From: Podarcis liolepis
Lineage: Eukaryota
NCBI GenBank assembly: GCA_965112155.1
Contig: OZ218107.1
Length of the DNA: 64,000 bases
Strand: one strand, 5' to 3'
Under the pieces are notes generated by a model. It saw nothing but the letters and a program-made list of their open reading frames with translations. It did not search any database and had not been told where the DNA came from. This document shows, one piece after another, positions 38,736 to 51,841 of this stretch (position 1 is its first letter; each line of letters starts with the position of its first letter). The position numbers and the translations under genes are program-made.

Positions 38736-40116
38736 TAAATAACATTAATATGTAATGTAACAACATTGAGAGTTCACTAGCACATACTATGCAACTCGCC
38801 AACATAAAATTCAACAGCAAATTCAAAAAAATTCCTTCTTTCTGCATATTGACCCTGAATTAGCAGGTAAAATCCCCACTAATATAAAAAACTCTTGCAA
38901 CTCCTAATTATATTATGACTTAATTTAGATAACGTATTCAGTGTATTTGGCCTTGTAACCAAGTTTAACACTGCTGAAAACAGTATTTCCACTGGGAAAT
39001 ACTGTTCCTATGATTTAAAAAGAAGTCAATAATTACTAAAATATTTGTTAAACTATCTGAAGATAGCTTTCTCACATTGATGGCTAAGCCAGTGAAGCCT
39101 GATGTCCACCATTTGTAAATAAAATATACAGTTTAGTTAAAAAAGTAAGTACCTCAAAGACCAATCTAAAAGCCAATAAAGATTTTTCATCCAATAAGAA
39201 AGGTGTGAAATTCAGGAGAAGGGCAAAGCAAAAAATATTTCATGCATATTATGCCTCAGAAAGGTAGCAGCTCTGTCAGAGATGACATAATTATTTAAGG
39301 ACATCTTCTCCTAAAATGGGGCGCATAAATGGAAAACTAATAGGCACATACATCATAAAGCCAAGACATTTCTTCAAGAGAGTCAAGGGGAAGGTTAATA
39401 CAATATGCAGAAAGTTAAGATATTGAAAGCTGCTAGAACGCTCATTAGAGACAATGATTTCAACATCAAAATATCCATAACCTAGCAAGGAATGGTAACT
39501 AGTCACAACCTCCAAGTTGACTTAGCAATTACTACACTTACGACACTTAATTGGAAATCCCAGGCTTTTCATTTTTTGATAAACTTTTCACATGCACACA
39601 GAAAGAGATGAATGCTTTTCAGCACAAGCTTTTTATGCCATACAACCAACTTGCCTGTCCCTGGTACAACTTACTGCAGAAGCTTTATACTTCATAATAT
39701 TAGTTGCATTGTTTTAGTCTTCTAGCATCCCTAAAGCAACTATGACCACTACTACAATAAAGAGCTTCAAAGATCTATTTTTGAATCAAGCCTCTGAATA
39801 GCACAGGCTAAGAATTTAAGTAAGTAAATTAGCAAACACTGTTTTCTGTAGGTTGTGTTCAGAGTTCCTAAAGAGTTTGTGTGGTGTAGTCAAAGCATTG
39901 CAGTAGGTTCAAATCCTTACTCATCTGTGAAGCTCACTTGACCAGTCTTTCTCAGCCCACAGAGTTGTTGCAAGGAAAAACATGGGAGTGAAAGAAACAA
40001 ATTTTACAAGTAGCATAATGTTTACTAAATCAAAGGGGGAGGAAACATATTTCATTCAACTACACTACAACACTCTACTTCAGAATATGCCACGTATTTA
40101 GAAGGTGGTTTTGACT

Positions 40117-40424
40117 CATTGTTCTCAAACTTTTTTCTCAGGACCACAACTTTCAAAATAAAAATTTGCTCACAGCGCACTGATTTTTTTTATTGATAAG
40201 AAATAAATTGGAGAACAAAAAGAAACAACTCCTGGCAGTGCTTGATTTTGAAAAGGTATCTATCCATATTCTGCAAATAAATAAATAAATAAATGATACT
40301 ATACTCCACGATACTACACTGAAATGGTTAAGTGTTTCTTTGATTGCCCTTGAATCTTCCTGCAACCCTTGCCATCTTCTCTGGCCACACCAGTGTGATG
40401 TGCCACACCCTTTGAGAACCACCG
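40117..40424. mobile_element. Older hAT-Charlie-like MITE
   Basis: Degenerate TIR ...GTTCTCAAA / TTTGAGAACCAC, right flank CTCTAGAG; left TSD eroded. Confidence 0.55.
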
Positions 40425-42046
40425 CTCTAGAGTTCTCTTCTACTGAAGAGCAGGAAATGGATTTTTCAGGCTAGGCCAGAGTTCAGAGACTTCACACATT
40501 CACACATCACTTCCACACTAACACAGCTGATTGTTAAGTTCAGTGATGGCCCCTTTTATCTAATGGAATATGAATGGGAGGGCCCTTAGCGGACATCTTT
40601 TCTGGGTCACATGGAGAATCTGAAATGCTTCTCTGCGTGTTTTTATATCCTGACATAATTACTAGCTTTTTCCATTTTCAAACTATATATCTAAGCCAGA
40701 GCCAAAGCTAAGACTAAAGTGCCAAAGAAATGCTTTTGTAACCAGAATAAAGAGACAGGTGTTGCGACCATGTTACAGATTTTATGATAAGCTGCAAATC
40801 CTCTGGATTCCCAAAATACTAACATAAGTAGTCACTATCAGTAAGAAATGGATGGCATATAAATGTTTTAAGTGAATCATAATAAGAATAGAAAAAAACA
40901 ATAATTGTAACAGTAGCCAAGAAAAATAAAGCACAGGAAAACTAGTTTACATAAATAAAAATGTGCTATTACTGAACAATACTATCCACACTGTTTAAAG
41001 ATGTAAACCCAAAACATCCCAAGGAGAAGACCACTGCAAGTTATGATGGAAGGAACAGGTTACTTGAAGTTTGCTCTAAAATTCCAAAAGGTATTATCAT
41101 GAAGTGATGCTTGCTATGCCACAAAGTCTTGTGTGTGTCAGCTACGAAGTACACTCTCTTCCAGCGGGAAACAATAATGCCAGCTGGAGTGAAATGTTAC
41201 AAAAATGAAGGGCAAGGGATTAAAGTGAATGGTATAGGTGTCAGATGGCTTCATATACGGGATCATAAAGAATATTTTTTGCACAATTTTAAATTTACTG
41301 GCTCATCAATGTAAGATTTCAGATACAATTGAAGATGATAGAGTTCAAATGGCAATGCAGAGAAAAGATATGGCTATTGCACTAGCAGCACGCTGGTTGA
41401 TAAATTCCCTTCCCAGTGAAGTTCATCTGGTGCCTACACTGTTGTTTTTCAGACATCCGGTTGGGGCACTTTTATTCTCTCAGGCATTTTAAACTATTTT
41501 TAAAAGAGATTTGAGTGAAGAGGAAACTGAATTTTAATCACTGTAACTGAGTTATCCATTCTGCTGACTTTGGAAAGTGCAAGTACCCTGGAATATATAT
41601 TGTATGAAAGCAGTATACAAATACTTCAAAAAATAAAATAAAAATAGCTTTTTCCTGCCATATACGCCAAGCATCATGAACCAGGACTGAAGAATTTATT
41701 TTTTTAAAAAAGTTAAAATGTAATCTACTTATGCAATTAAGTAAACTATATATTTTAAATAAAGATCAACTCCACAGCATGATCAAGACTGTCAATGTGA
41801 ATCATAAAATCACTTTTGAAATAAGGATGATTGGACATACGATACTCCACTTTCCTTATAAAGCTCAATATAAGGCTAAATTCCAAGCTAAACATTTCAT
41901 TTCCAAAATGCATCAAAACACATTTCCATCATGGTAGTTCCATTATCAATTCCAGTACCAAATACCATCAACCCCTTCTCGCTACTATGATTTAGAGAAG
42001 CTGAAGGCATGAACAAGGCTCACTGGTGCTTTCTCAGCGCACTTAC

Positions 42047-42544
42047 CTGCTATAGGGATCCCTCCTAGACCTGTGCTGTGTTGTGGTGGGAGGTTTAAGT
42101 CCAAGAAATTACTATTTGAAGGGGGGTTTGCTGTGTGGTTCAAGTGCATGATGTTATTGCGTGGGAAGGCCATCCAAGGATAGCGAGCGGCTTGGCCTGG
42201 AAAACTGAAGGAGTTGTAAACTGCTCGATGCTGTTGAAATTGCGGGAACCTCTGTGGCAAGACTGAAAATGTGCTATTGAGAGAGTTGGCATTTGCGGGC
42301 GCAGCAGGATGCAGAAATCCAGAGCCTGACCCTTTGGCGGTTGTAGTGTGTGGGGAAGGGTTCTGGAGAGACGTGGGCGAGAGGGAGGGTTGGTCTTGGA
42401 CCGACAGTTCCTTCTCGATCAGGTCTGCTAAGGCTTTGCGGGTGATATCAAAGGGATCAAACCCCAAGTCATCTTCTTGCTGTTTGGAAGAACCAAATCC
42501 AAACGCCGCTTGCCAGTCTGTAGACGAGGATACTGGGATGGTTT
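42047..42544 (-). CDS. CNOT4: CNOT4 exon 10
   Basis: TIPVSSSTDWQAAFGF...DDLGFDPFDITRKALADLIEKE...GLGGIPIA, 498 nt, phase 1-1, CAG|gtaagt. Confidence 0.98.
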
Positions 42545-42658
42545 CTGTGGGATTTAAAACAGGTTATTAAAGACAAAGTTGCATTTCCCCCAGCTTAATG
42601 TGAGCCAAAATACCGACCCATTTCCCTTTCCAATAATTGGCTATTCTCATTTCTAAGG

Positions 42659-42765
42659 CAGTTTCCCCCAGCCTGGTACCCTCCAGGTGTTTTGGATTAT
42701 AATTCCCATTGGTCCTGAGAGTTGTAGTCCAAAATATCTGGAGAGAAACAGATTGGGGAATCCTA
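42659..42765. mobile_element. Short palindromic hAT MITE (MER5-like)
   Basis: Degenerate foldback with GAGTTGTAGTCC core shared with the 26963 element; TSD TTCTAAGG/TTCTAGGG. Confidence 0.7.
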
Positions 42766-43542
42766 TTCTAGGGGCAACTGGTTTTTAGATTAAAGCTCAC
42801 AATATCCTTTATGTTCTAGTGGTGTACAGTTACCAAGAAAGCAACTTTCTTTTTCTTTGCATTTTTCTTCCCTGTAGTTCTAAACTGATCCTCTACTTGG
42901 GATTTTCACATTTCTGTCTCACCTGAAAAGCTGCTCCCAAAGCTAACAAGCCCCTTCAGAAAATTGAGGTGGAGGCTGTGTGGGCCTACTAGGGAAGTTG
43001 CTGAAAAATCTGGCAGAAGCACCTCATGGTTTTCAAGACCCAACCCTATGAATTTCCCATCCACCTTCTGCAACACATTACAGTAGAACTTCATTTTTTA
43101 AATATAAGAAGCCACTCTTTCCACTGCATATATTCCTTACTAGAGGCTAGATAATTCTAGAGATGTCCTACATGAAGCAACTTGATTGAGAAGCACTATT
43201 CAGTTACTAATGAAAATGTCTCACCACTTGTAATTTTAAGCAAAATATTCTTATTGATCTCATTGCTCATTAGCATCAATGACCATATGCATACAAGCAC
43301 AAAGTATGATTTATGTAAGGTTTTCTTTATTTATTCTGAATCTTTATTTTGAATCTACATTTCCACCATCTATGAAAAAGGTAAAGCACTTTACAAAATA
43401 ATGTGACATATTCAAAAGTTCTTTAAACTGGAGCAGTACTGAGCAGCACAATCAAGTTCATGCTAAACTGTAAGTAAATACAAGAGCCTGAAGATATTAT
43501 TTCAAGCTATTGTGTGCATGGGTTGTCTAACTAATACTATAC

Positions 43543-43792
43543 CTGATGTGAAGAGGCTCTGTGGCTCTGGTGCCATCGGCCAGTCATTTGAAGTCTGTGG
43601 GGAGCTGGGAAATGGAGGGAGTCCACTTGGAATAGGGTTGGGGTGCCGGAAGTTGTCCGAGAAGAGAGACTGTGACTCTGTTATAGCCCCTTCAAAGGGA
43701 GACCGTGCACTGTGATTGGATGAACTGATGGGGATGACTGAATTGGATTTTGATAAGCCGGGTGGTGGTGAAGGTGTGTCACTATTTGATAT
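43543..43792 (-). CDS. CNOT4: CNOT4 exon 9
   Basis: ISNSDTPSPPPGLSKSN...WPMAPEPQSLFTS, 250 nt, phase 0-1. Confidence 0.97.
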
Positions 43793-44055
43793 CTAAAAAG
43801 AAAAAGAACACAGTTTTACAATCGTATAGTAAAAACAGTTTCTCCTTTTAACAACCATTTGGTCATTTCCAAATAGCATGTGTTTTTACAGCTAGTATAA
43901 AGTTTTAATCAAGCAACCATCTTATGCAGCTGATAGGCAGGAAGGTATATTTAAGATTATGGCAAATAAATATTTCAACACACAATATAGTCCTTTTGCA
44001 AATATAAGGGTATGCAGTTGACAAGAGTTAAGAAGTGCTGGTTCTCAAATCTTAC

Positions 44056-44113
44056 CTGCTGCGAGTTATCACAGTTTCCTATACTGAGAGAATCTGAAGG
44101 TTTGTCGATAGTG
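44056..44113 (-). CDS. CNOT4: CNOT4 exon 8
   Basis: TIDKPSDSLSIGNCDNSQQ, 58 nt, phase 2-0, AG/GT flanks. Confidence 0.96.
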
Positions 44114-45389
44114 CTAGAGAGAAAGAAAAACTATTAGGCAAATGTAAAGGACACAGCCTGATGGCCTGAAACTGTAGGAATTAATTTAAAAAGTAATTTT
44201 AGAAAACCTAGTTCATGGAGATAACTGACAACAGGCTGATTAGCTCCATCTTGCACATTCTGCTTGTTCATTGTTACTCAGTGTAACCTCATAGCAATCA
44301 AAGTTTGTCTATTGCCCCTACTATCAGCCCCCGACATTAAACTGGTGTCCATGAAGCAGGAACCATATCTATTTATAAGAGCTTTGTGCTCAACTTGAGA
44401 TTGATGGAGCCCAGAGGACTCCCCAATTTAGATTTCGGTACACTGAGTTGTAAAGAGAGGAGAGACATGAAAGAAAGAGAAGAGGCAAAAGGAATAAAAG
44501 TAAAATAGAAAGTGAATGAACCAATAAAACTATTCACCACAGCAGAAAAGCTCACTTCTCCTTTGCACTGCTTCAGTTTCAAGACAATAGGAATGCTGTC
44601 ACAACCTCTCACTTAAACACAACAGGAGACAAAATTGAAGCTCCAGCCGCTCATGCATCCACTCACCCAAAATCAGAACAGCAGAGCAACAGGAAGAGCC
44701 AGGAAAGGACAAGACAAAACTTGGAATAAGATCAGCAATTACAAAAACCATGAAAAGATGAGTTGAAGGAATGGTGACAGCAGGACAAGGAGAGATACCA
44801 GATCAGGTGCTGTCAAAAGCTAAGTGAGCGAAGGGGATCAGGCCAGGCATGCATGATGGAAGGTGCACTGGCTGGGTTCAGGCTGCAAATGTATGCTAGC
44901 ACAACCTGCAGTATTAAGTAAGGCTAACATTTGAGACACTAGAAGAAAGCAAGATACTAGAAAATGAATTGGCTGATATGGCAGTTCTACTGGAAAATAA
45001 TATACTGTCACTATCTTGTTGACAAATCCAGCAGGTGTTGCAGTAAGCCACTGGACATCAACTGATGGACAAATGCAAATATTCAGAAAATATCTGCCTG
45101 CTATGTGACTTTAAGGCTGGAAGCGTCTCACAGCCAATGACCAAAGCATCTGGGTTACACAAGGGAGCTTCCTCAGTGGTTCAAATGTGAAATTGCTGAT
45201 CTTCTACTATAAATATGTAATTTGTCCCTAAAATCAGCCTCCATACTAGAGGACTGGAAACTGCTCAATGTAGCTAGCATCTATTGTTTAAAAAGAATCC
45301 AGCTAGGACTTGGAACATTATAGGCAGCTTAACTTAACATCTAGTCTAGTAAAACTAGTGGGCAGAATTATTAAAAATTGAATTACCAA

Positions 45390-46030
45390 ACATGCAGAAG
45401 AGCAAGTCAGGCTGAAGCAAAAGCAGCATGGCTTCCACAAGGGTATTCCTGTCTCACCAACCCATTAAAGTTCTTTGAGGGTGTCAACAAGCATGTAAGT
45501 AGAGGTATCCAAGTTGACATTGCATACTTAAGACTCTCAAAAAGCTTTTGATAAATTCTCTCACCAAAAGAACCTAGAACAAGTTTAGCAGTCATAGGAA
45601 AAGAAGACAGGTCCTCTTATGGATGAGCAACTGGTTAAGTAACAGAAAGCAGGAATAAATGGACGGTTCTTCCTCTATAGAGAATGAAAAAATCAGTACT
45701 GTAACCAGTGCTTTTTAACTTGTTCATAAATGACCTGGAGTTAGGGGTAAGTACAGAAGTAACCTGTTTTGCTGATGACACTAAGTTGTTCAGAGTCTTA
45801 AAAAAAAGAAATTGCAAGGAGATCCAAAAAGGTATATTGAAACTAGGTGAATGGGCATTAAAATGGGAAATGTAGTTTGATGTGAGCAAGTGTAAAGTGA
45901 TGCATAGTGGAGCAAAAACCCCTAACTTTACATGTACACTTATGGGGTCCAAACTGGTTGTGACTGATCAGGAAGGAGATCTTGGGGTCAAACTGGATAG
46001 CTCAATTAAGATGTCAACCAAGTGAGCATC
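45390..46030 (+). mobile_element. Degenerate CR1 LINE reverse transcriptase fragment
   Basis: Broken frames give QHGF, CLTN, KAFDK, FADDTK, KCKVMH motifs. Confidence 0.85.
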
Positions 46031-48672
46031 TATTAAAATAGTCATATATAAAACAATAAATATATTTTCTTTTTCTACACTAAACATAATAATTTCAAAC
46101 ACCCTAAAACGTAAGAGTGTTAAGCAAAGGCATTTGAATAAATTACAATATTTGACAAAACAAGACCAATTTCCTTTCCTTTTTTCTCAAACATGTTAGT
46201 TTTGCCACAAGTGCATATTCCCACACTTGCTCTATCCAATCTCCTGCATATGGTACACTTTGCAGCCTCCAGTCCTTTGTGCAAAGTGCTCTGGCTGCAG
46301 ACACCCTAATTCCTTATGCAACTGAATGACAAAGTAATCCTAACAGTTTAAAAGGGAACAAAGAAAAAAGAGGGAGCGTCAAGCAGGTAAGTAAATCATT
46401 TGCTGATTTTATCTCAGCTACTGAGTGTAAATGAGCAGAATCACTTCCTGCTTTTAAGATTGATACTTGTGAGGTGTGACCCTGAATTTAGTGATCTATT
46501 CAAAGCTATACTGGTCATTCCCAAACTCTTCCTACAATAAAGTCTAATTCTAAGCACATAGACATATGTCTGTTTTCACATGTCTGTGGATGATATAGGA
46601 CTGGATAACCAAGACTATATACAGTCTCATCTGAATCAATTACAGAAGCAGGAAGTCAACAGAAGAAAGTATTCTAAAAAGAATTTATGTTTGTTAAGTC
46701 ATACAAACTCAAAAATCAAACGACCACTATACTCCAGCTATAACCTACATTTTAGAGGTTTTGGCAGAACACGACTCTTTCAATATCTGTTGAATTATCT
46801 TAAGTCCACAGGCAAAGAGGGAAACGTATAAATGTGTATATTACATTGTTTCAGCCCACTCAACACTATATATATTTTTAAGCAAAGAATGGAGCAAAAC
46901 TAGGTGAAACGGATTGTTTTTTGCTTTGTGTAAAACTATTTAACACTCATAATGAACTGAAACTTTTAAATTAATTATTCAAACACAAAACTTAATTATT
47001 TTTAATTCTTTTCTCATTATTAGAAATATTGCAGTCTTTCAGTCCTGCGGCCAGAAACACAGCTGTTTCATAGAAGTTACCAGATGTTCAAAACCCCTTT
47101 ACAAATAAATAGGCTTGAGTTCCTGTTAAGTCTGTGATAGCATGCCTCTGAAAACCTTGATATCTGGATTAGACCTATGATCCACTTAGAGGAAGCACTG
47201 AATATGGTTTCAAAAGTAGCAAATCAGCCCATTTTAGGCATAAGACTAGCCACAGGCGAAGGCTGGAACCAAACGATTCTTAAGGTAAGAGTAAAAAGCT
47301 CTCGGAGGAAAGGTTGCCAATTTTTAATTTCAACTGTAGTCCTTTTGTACCATGTTAAATCTTGCTCTGAAATGTTTTCTAACCTTCAGGAGTGGTTGTG
47401 AGATGGTGGTGGAGGAAGATGAGACAGTAGTGGGGAAAGATGAGAAAGTCCTATTCATTGTGTGGACTTTTGGATCCCGGTCAGCTGAACCAGTACTACA
47501 GATGTGTAGAACATTTTCAGATGATTTTTTCAGGCTCATAACTAAAAAAGAGCCTAAGAGATGCTTAGCTTCATATAAAGCATTACTACAATATTTCAAT
47601 AGTGCTATGGTAATCCACAATGGAATATCTAAAGCAGATCACTTTCTTCTCAGCAGGACAGCTTCAAAATTAGGTAATGGGATGTTTTTCTAAATAGGAA
47701 AGCTCTTCTATTGACATTCTATTTCCAAAAGTGCTGGTGTCTGCAATGATTTCTAGTGATGAAGTCTGAAATATTAGGTCAATGTTAGAGCAAGAATACA
47801 AGGTATTCAGTGAGTTACCCTATTTCCTAATAAGCTTCTTAGACCCAGCTCATACATTACTGGTGCAACATGGAAGTAACCTCCTGTGTTCTGGTTCCTC
47901 ATTAACACTAGAACAAGAAACAATGGAGTCAGGCAACTTATATGGCCACTTTCCCCCACCTCAACCTATTACAGGTGGGAAGCTAGAGCATAAGAAAGCG
48001 GTTTCCACACTGCAACAGTACACATCAGTATTCCCAATTCAAAAAGCATAATATGCTGTGCTATGCAACTGTGCTATACGACTTGCATTTTGAATCCAAC
48101 TTGTTAAAAGCCCCACAATGATGCAAGGGACATATTGCAGTATTAAACACAAATTCAAGTAGTCTTAGTAGTCTAAACGGAGGGGAAAGCTGATGGATCT
48201 CAATCCAGTGCCATACTTGCTTAACAAAATGCCTGGGTGAAGTGTGTAATGTGCTTAGATCTGCCAACTGAGATCAGAGTATTCAAGACAATTAACTAAA
48301 TGACTCTTACCTAAAAGATCAGAGTTCCTACTAAGCAACTTTTTCTCTTAAAGAACATTAAAAATTGTTTGCTGAAGTGAGGTACGTGGTTTGCTAGAAC
48401 ACAGACGCAGAAGGAAACTTGTTTCAAAATGCCTTGCCTTTTCCACAACCCTTACCTTTAAAAATTATCTTCTGGCCTAGACACAGACTTCTCCTGAACA
48501 AACTGCCCATTGCAAAATAATGTGCAGTCCCCCCCACCTAGGCATCACCTAGTGGTTCAGGCCAACCATTTTAACTTGAACCCAGCTCTCTTGACAGAGG
48601 CTAGAGAATCATCCCTCCACATCAGTGAGAGAGAAAGAAAGCTAACTAAAGTATAAAAGGCAGCACAATTAC

Positions 48673-48828
48673 CCGAAATCTGAATCTGGACCATCTGGAG
48701 TCATGTGTTCTGAGTCTGTGCCATTTTCTAAAATAGGAGGCGTTTTCCTGTGTTCCATAGTTAAGCCGTTGACTGATTTACTTGAACTCTGTAATGATGG
48801 CCAGGCATCTTTGTTATTACTGTTGGGT
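48673..48828 (-). CDS. CNOT4: CNOT4 additional in-frame cassette exon (52 codons)
   Basis: ctctttccag| acceptor, GG|gtaatt donor, 156 nt phase 2-2, stop-free PNSNNKDAWPSLQSSSKSVNGLTMEHRKTPPILENGTDSEHMTPDGPDSDFG. Confidence 0.88.
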
Positions 48829-51707
48829 CTGGAAAGAGGTGAAAGTAAAAGAGAGTTCAAGTTATGTAGAAAATCTTAATAGTGAAACACTGGGGAAATT
48901 ATTCCTCATGCCATATACTGTGCAGAGGAATATGGAGGTCTTCAACAGAAAAGTTAGTGTCTGCTAAGACTGTAGAAAGAAACTGTTTTCTTGCACCAGG
49001 CAGGCTGTTTACACTTATAGTTGTTTTTTAATTAGGTGAATCCCACCAAGACATGTGGTCCTTAAACTGTTCTTTCATCCCAACATTCTCCAGCTTTATG
49101 AGTAATGTTACCCCTACCCTTCATATGCTATATCCATGCTTTGTCCTTGAGGATTTTCCCCATGTGACTGGCATTATACACTTCTGAAATATCACTGTAC
49201 CAGTGCTGGTAAGTTCTAAGTTACCCAATTTGTCTCGTTTCAAGTATTTATTCCCAAAGTTTCAAAACTCAGGCTAATATAAGCATTGATCACTAAATAA
49301 GGTTCTTTTGGTATGTAAAATTATTTGAGAGGATGAATAAAGGTAAACTGAAGCAGGGAATCACATCTTTAAACAGACATTCCCTGCTGGGTTTTGTATG
49401 TATATGCAAATAAATATTAATATTTATCATCAACATAATTATAAATGTTTCTTTCTCCTAATTAGTCCTTCAGTTTCACCCTATTTTTGAAATCACCATC
49501 CCAGGAAGGAATGAAGGATATTTAGAAAAGTAACTTATAATGATTGTTTAGAGACCTGTGCTCTTTTCAAAATGTGTATCTTGTCTTGCCATTCATTCCT
49601 TGAAATGCAATAAATTTATGAGTTCTCAAAATGAATGTGGAACAGACACACCCTGCTTTTTAAAACCAAGCATCACTGATCTAACTAACAAAAATTGATT
49701 GCATTTTCAATTTTTATATTGATTCCTCATCTTTCCATGCATTTCTGGATTGGTTCCATAAAGCAGACACTACAAGAAGTTAAATATGGCACTGTCAGTT
49801 CCATTTATCAAGTTGAAAATTAGTCTGCCATGTAATTCTTATCTGCTTGCCTACCATGTTCTAAAGTTTACACCCACATAAAAGTTGCTTGTCTACATCT
49901 CTTCCAGATTTGAATGCTGGTAACTGATGAGTGAACTCACAAACTGGCTACTTCTCTGTCAGCATTTCAAGTTACTGCCCACAAGAACTGTATGAAATCA
50001 GAAAGCAGTGGGAATCACAGCCTTTTCTATGGACCAATGGAAGTTAAGTTTGAGCAGAAAAAATAATAATAAAGAAATCATGAAAGAAAAATCTTCATGA
50101 AGTATACAGCAGATGCATTTTCTGTTTTGAACGCAGAACCAACTTATTTGCCACTTAGATGACACTTGTTTCAGGAACAAAGCTGAACTCTATGCTTAAG
50201 AACTTAGATTCACAGCAAAGGGTGGCAAAAAACATCAAAACAGATGACAAGAGGATAGCAAGAACCTAACATTTTTTCAGTTTCTTCAGCTTTCAAGCTT
50301 ACTGGGATCTTATAAAATAAATCACTGGAGATGTAAGACTGCTGAGACAGCACAGACAATTCAGAATGAACCAGTAGGAAGTAAGCTTATTTCTACTTTG
50401 TTTTACGGTCCAGATAGAATGGTCATGCATACCCAATCTACCTTGGGCTTTTTTGTAAGAATGGTAATTAAGTTCTTGAAAAATTCTTACTGCAGAGACT
50501 GGACAGAGCCAAATTTATAGCCATTTCTAAAGACATTGTCTTCTTGCCTTATGATGTGACTCCATCAGGTCAGACCACACTGTGAGAAAACATGACTTGA
50601 CTCTTGCATGTTTGGTTTATTTCTTTTGATGCTCTTGAAGAAACAGTATTTCTCTCGCAAAGCTCACACTAATACAACAGCCAAGAGAGTAAGAAGGTAT
50701 CATTATCCATATGAGAGGCTTGCACAACTGATCTGATGTTCTGCCCAGAGTCAAAGTATCAACTTTCCTTAATACAAGATTTGTCTTTTCCTTTAAGAGG
50801 CAATGCTGATCCGCTAAGATTTGGCACTGGAAAAATTGTTTAGGATCCTGAGCAAGGTTGCTCTTGAAATCTTATTGGAAAAGGATCCCCATTAAGAAGG
50901 ATCTAAAGAGAGTGCAAATTCTTGTTCTCCAATCATTTGCCATGATCACAAAGTTCAGGTGTTCATTCACAAATAGATTTTCCCATTCATTTAGGTTTCC
51001 CTTATTAATAGTTGAAGAGGCTAAACCAGAGGTAATAGCAGTCTGACTACCATTCAAACTCAAGAAGTATCTTGCAAGCACAAACCTTATGTCATATTCT
51101 AAATATTAATGGTGTTTCTGCTATTAAGTAATGTAAGATTTTACAGAAATAGACAACCACTTAAAATTGTTACTTGGAATAGATAGGTACTAGGTCAAAA
51201 ACCCCTCAGCAACCTTTCATTAAACAGACATATAAATCTATGTTACTCTGTCAAAGTCTGCACCCTACATATTAGCAGCCAACGTATTACAACAAACATC
51301 TAATAAGTTGCAATGAGTCAGAACATTTTACACTAACTTTGTCTTTCAGATGAGTCCTTTGTGGCATTCTCACCTTCTAAAGGCAAGGTGGACTCACACA
51401 TTCATAGTAATGTTGTGTTGTATTTAAAATGAGTAAATCTTGTATTTTGTATTTCCAGTTTAATGACATGCCCTGCTATTTCACACCAAACCATACTATT
51501 TTACAATTGTAAATGATGCACTGATGCGAACATCTGCTGAAACAGTTGTTTGAAAATGCTGCATACATCTGTATAATGATGCAAAGGAAGTAAGATGTCA
51601 AGTGTGCTGGCTTAAGCAGTAAGGCAGTGAAGCAGAGTGCTTAGAAAGAGGGTAAAGGGGGAAGTTTGATGAAAATTAAAGAGCACACGCAGAGAACCTT
51701 TACTTAC

Positions 51708-51841
51708 ACATCATACCTCTGTAGTGAAGTCACTTTGTTCTTGTTCTTGTCAACTGCATTTGAAGACAGCTGGAGGAAGTTGGGGTTTAACTTGTATAAT
51801 TCCTGGAGTAACTTCTGTTCATATTCTTGATGCTTACCAGC
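51708..51841 (-). CDS. CNOT4: CNOT4 exon 7, two donors (exon ends at 51717 or 51708)
   Basis: AGKHQEYEQKLLQELYKLNPNFLQLSSNAVDKNKNKVTSLQR(YDV); donors AG|gtatga and GT|gtaagt 9 nt apart, both phase 2. Confidence 0.96.

Noticed and set aside
47330-47693. Overlapping 96-aa and 113-aa ORFs in CNOT4 intron
   Set aside because: Candidate donor is phase 0 while the intron is phase 2; no recognisable domain
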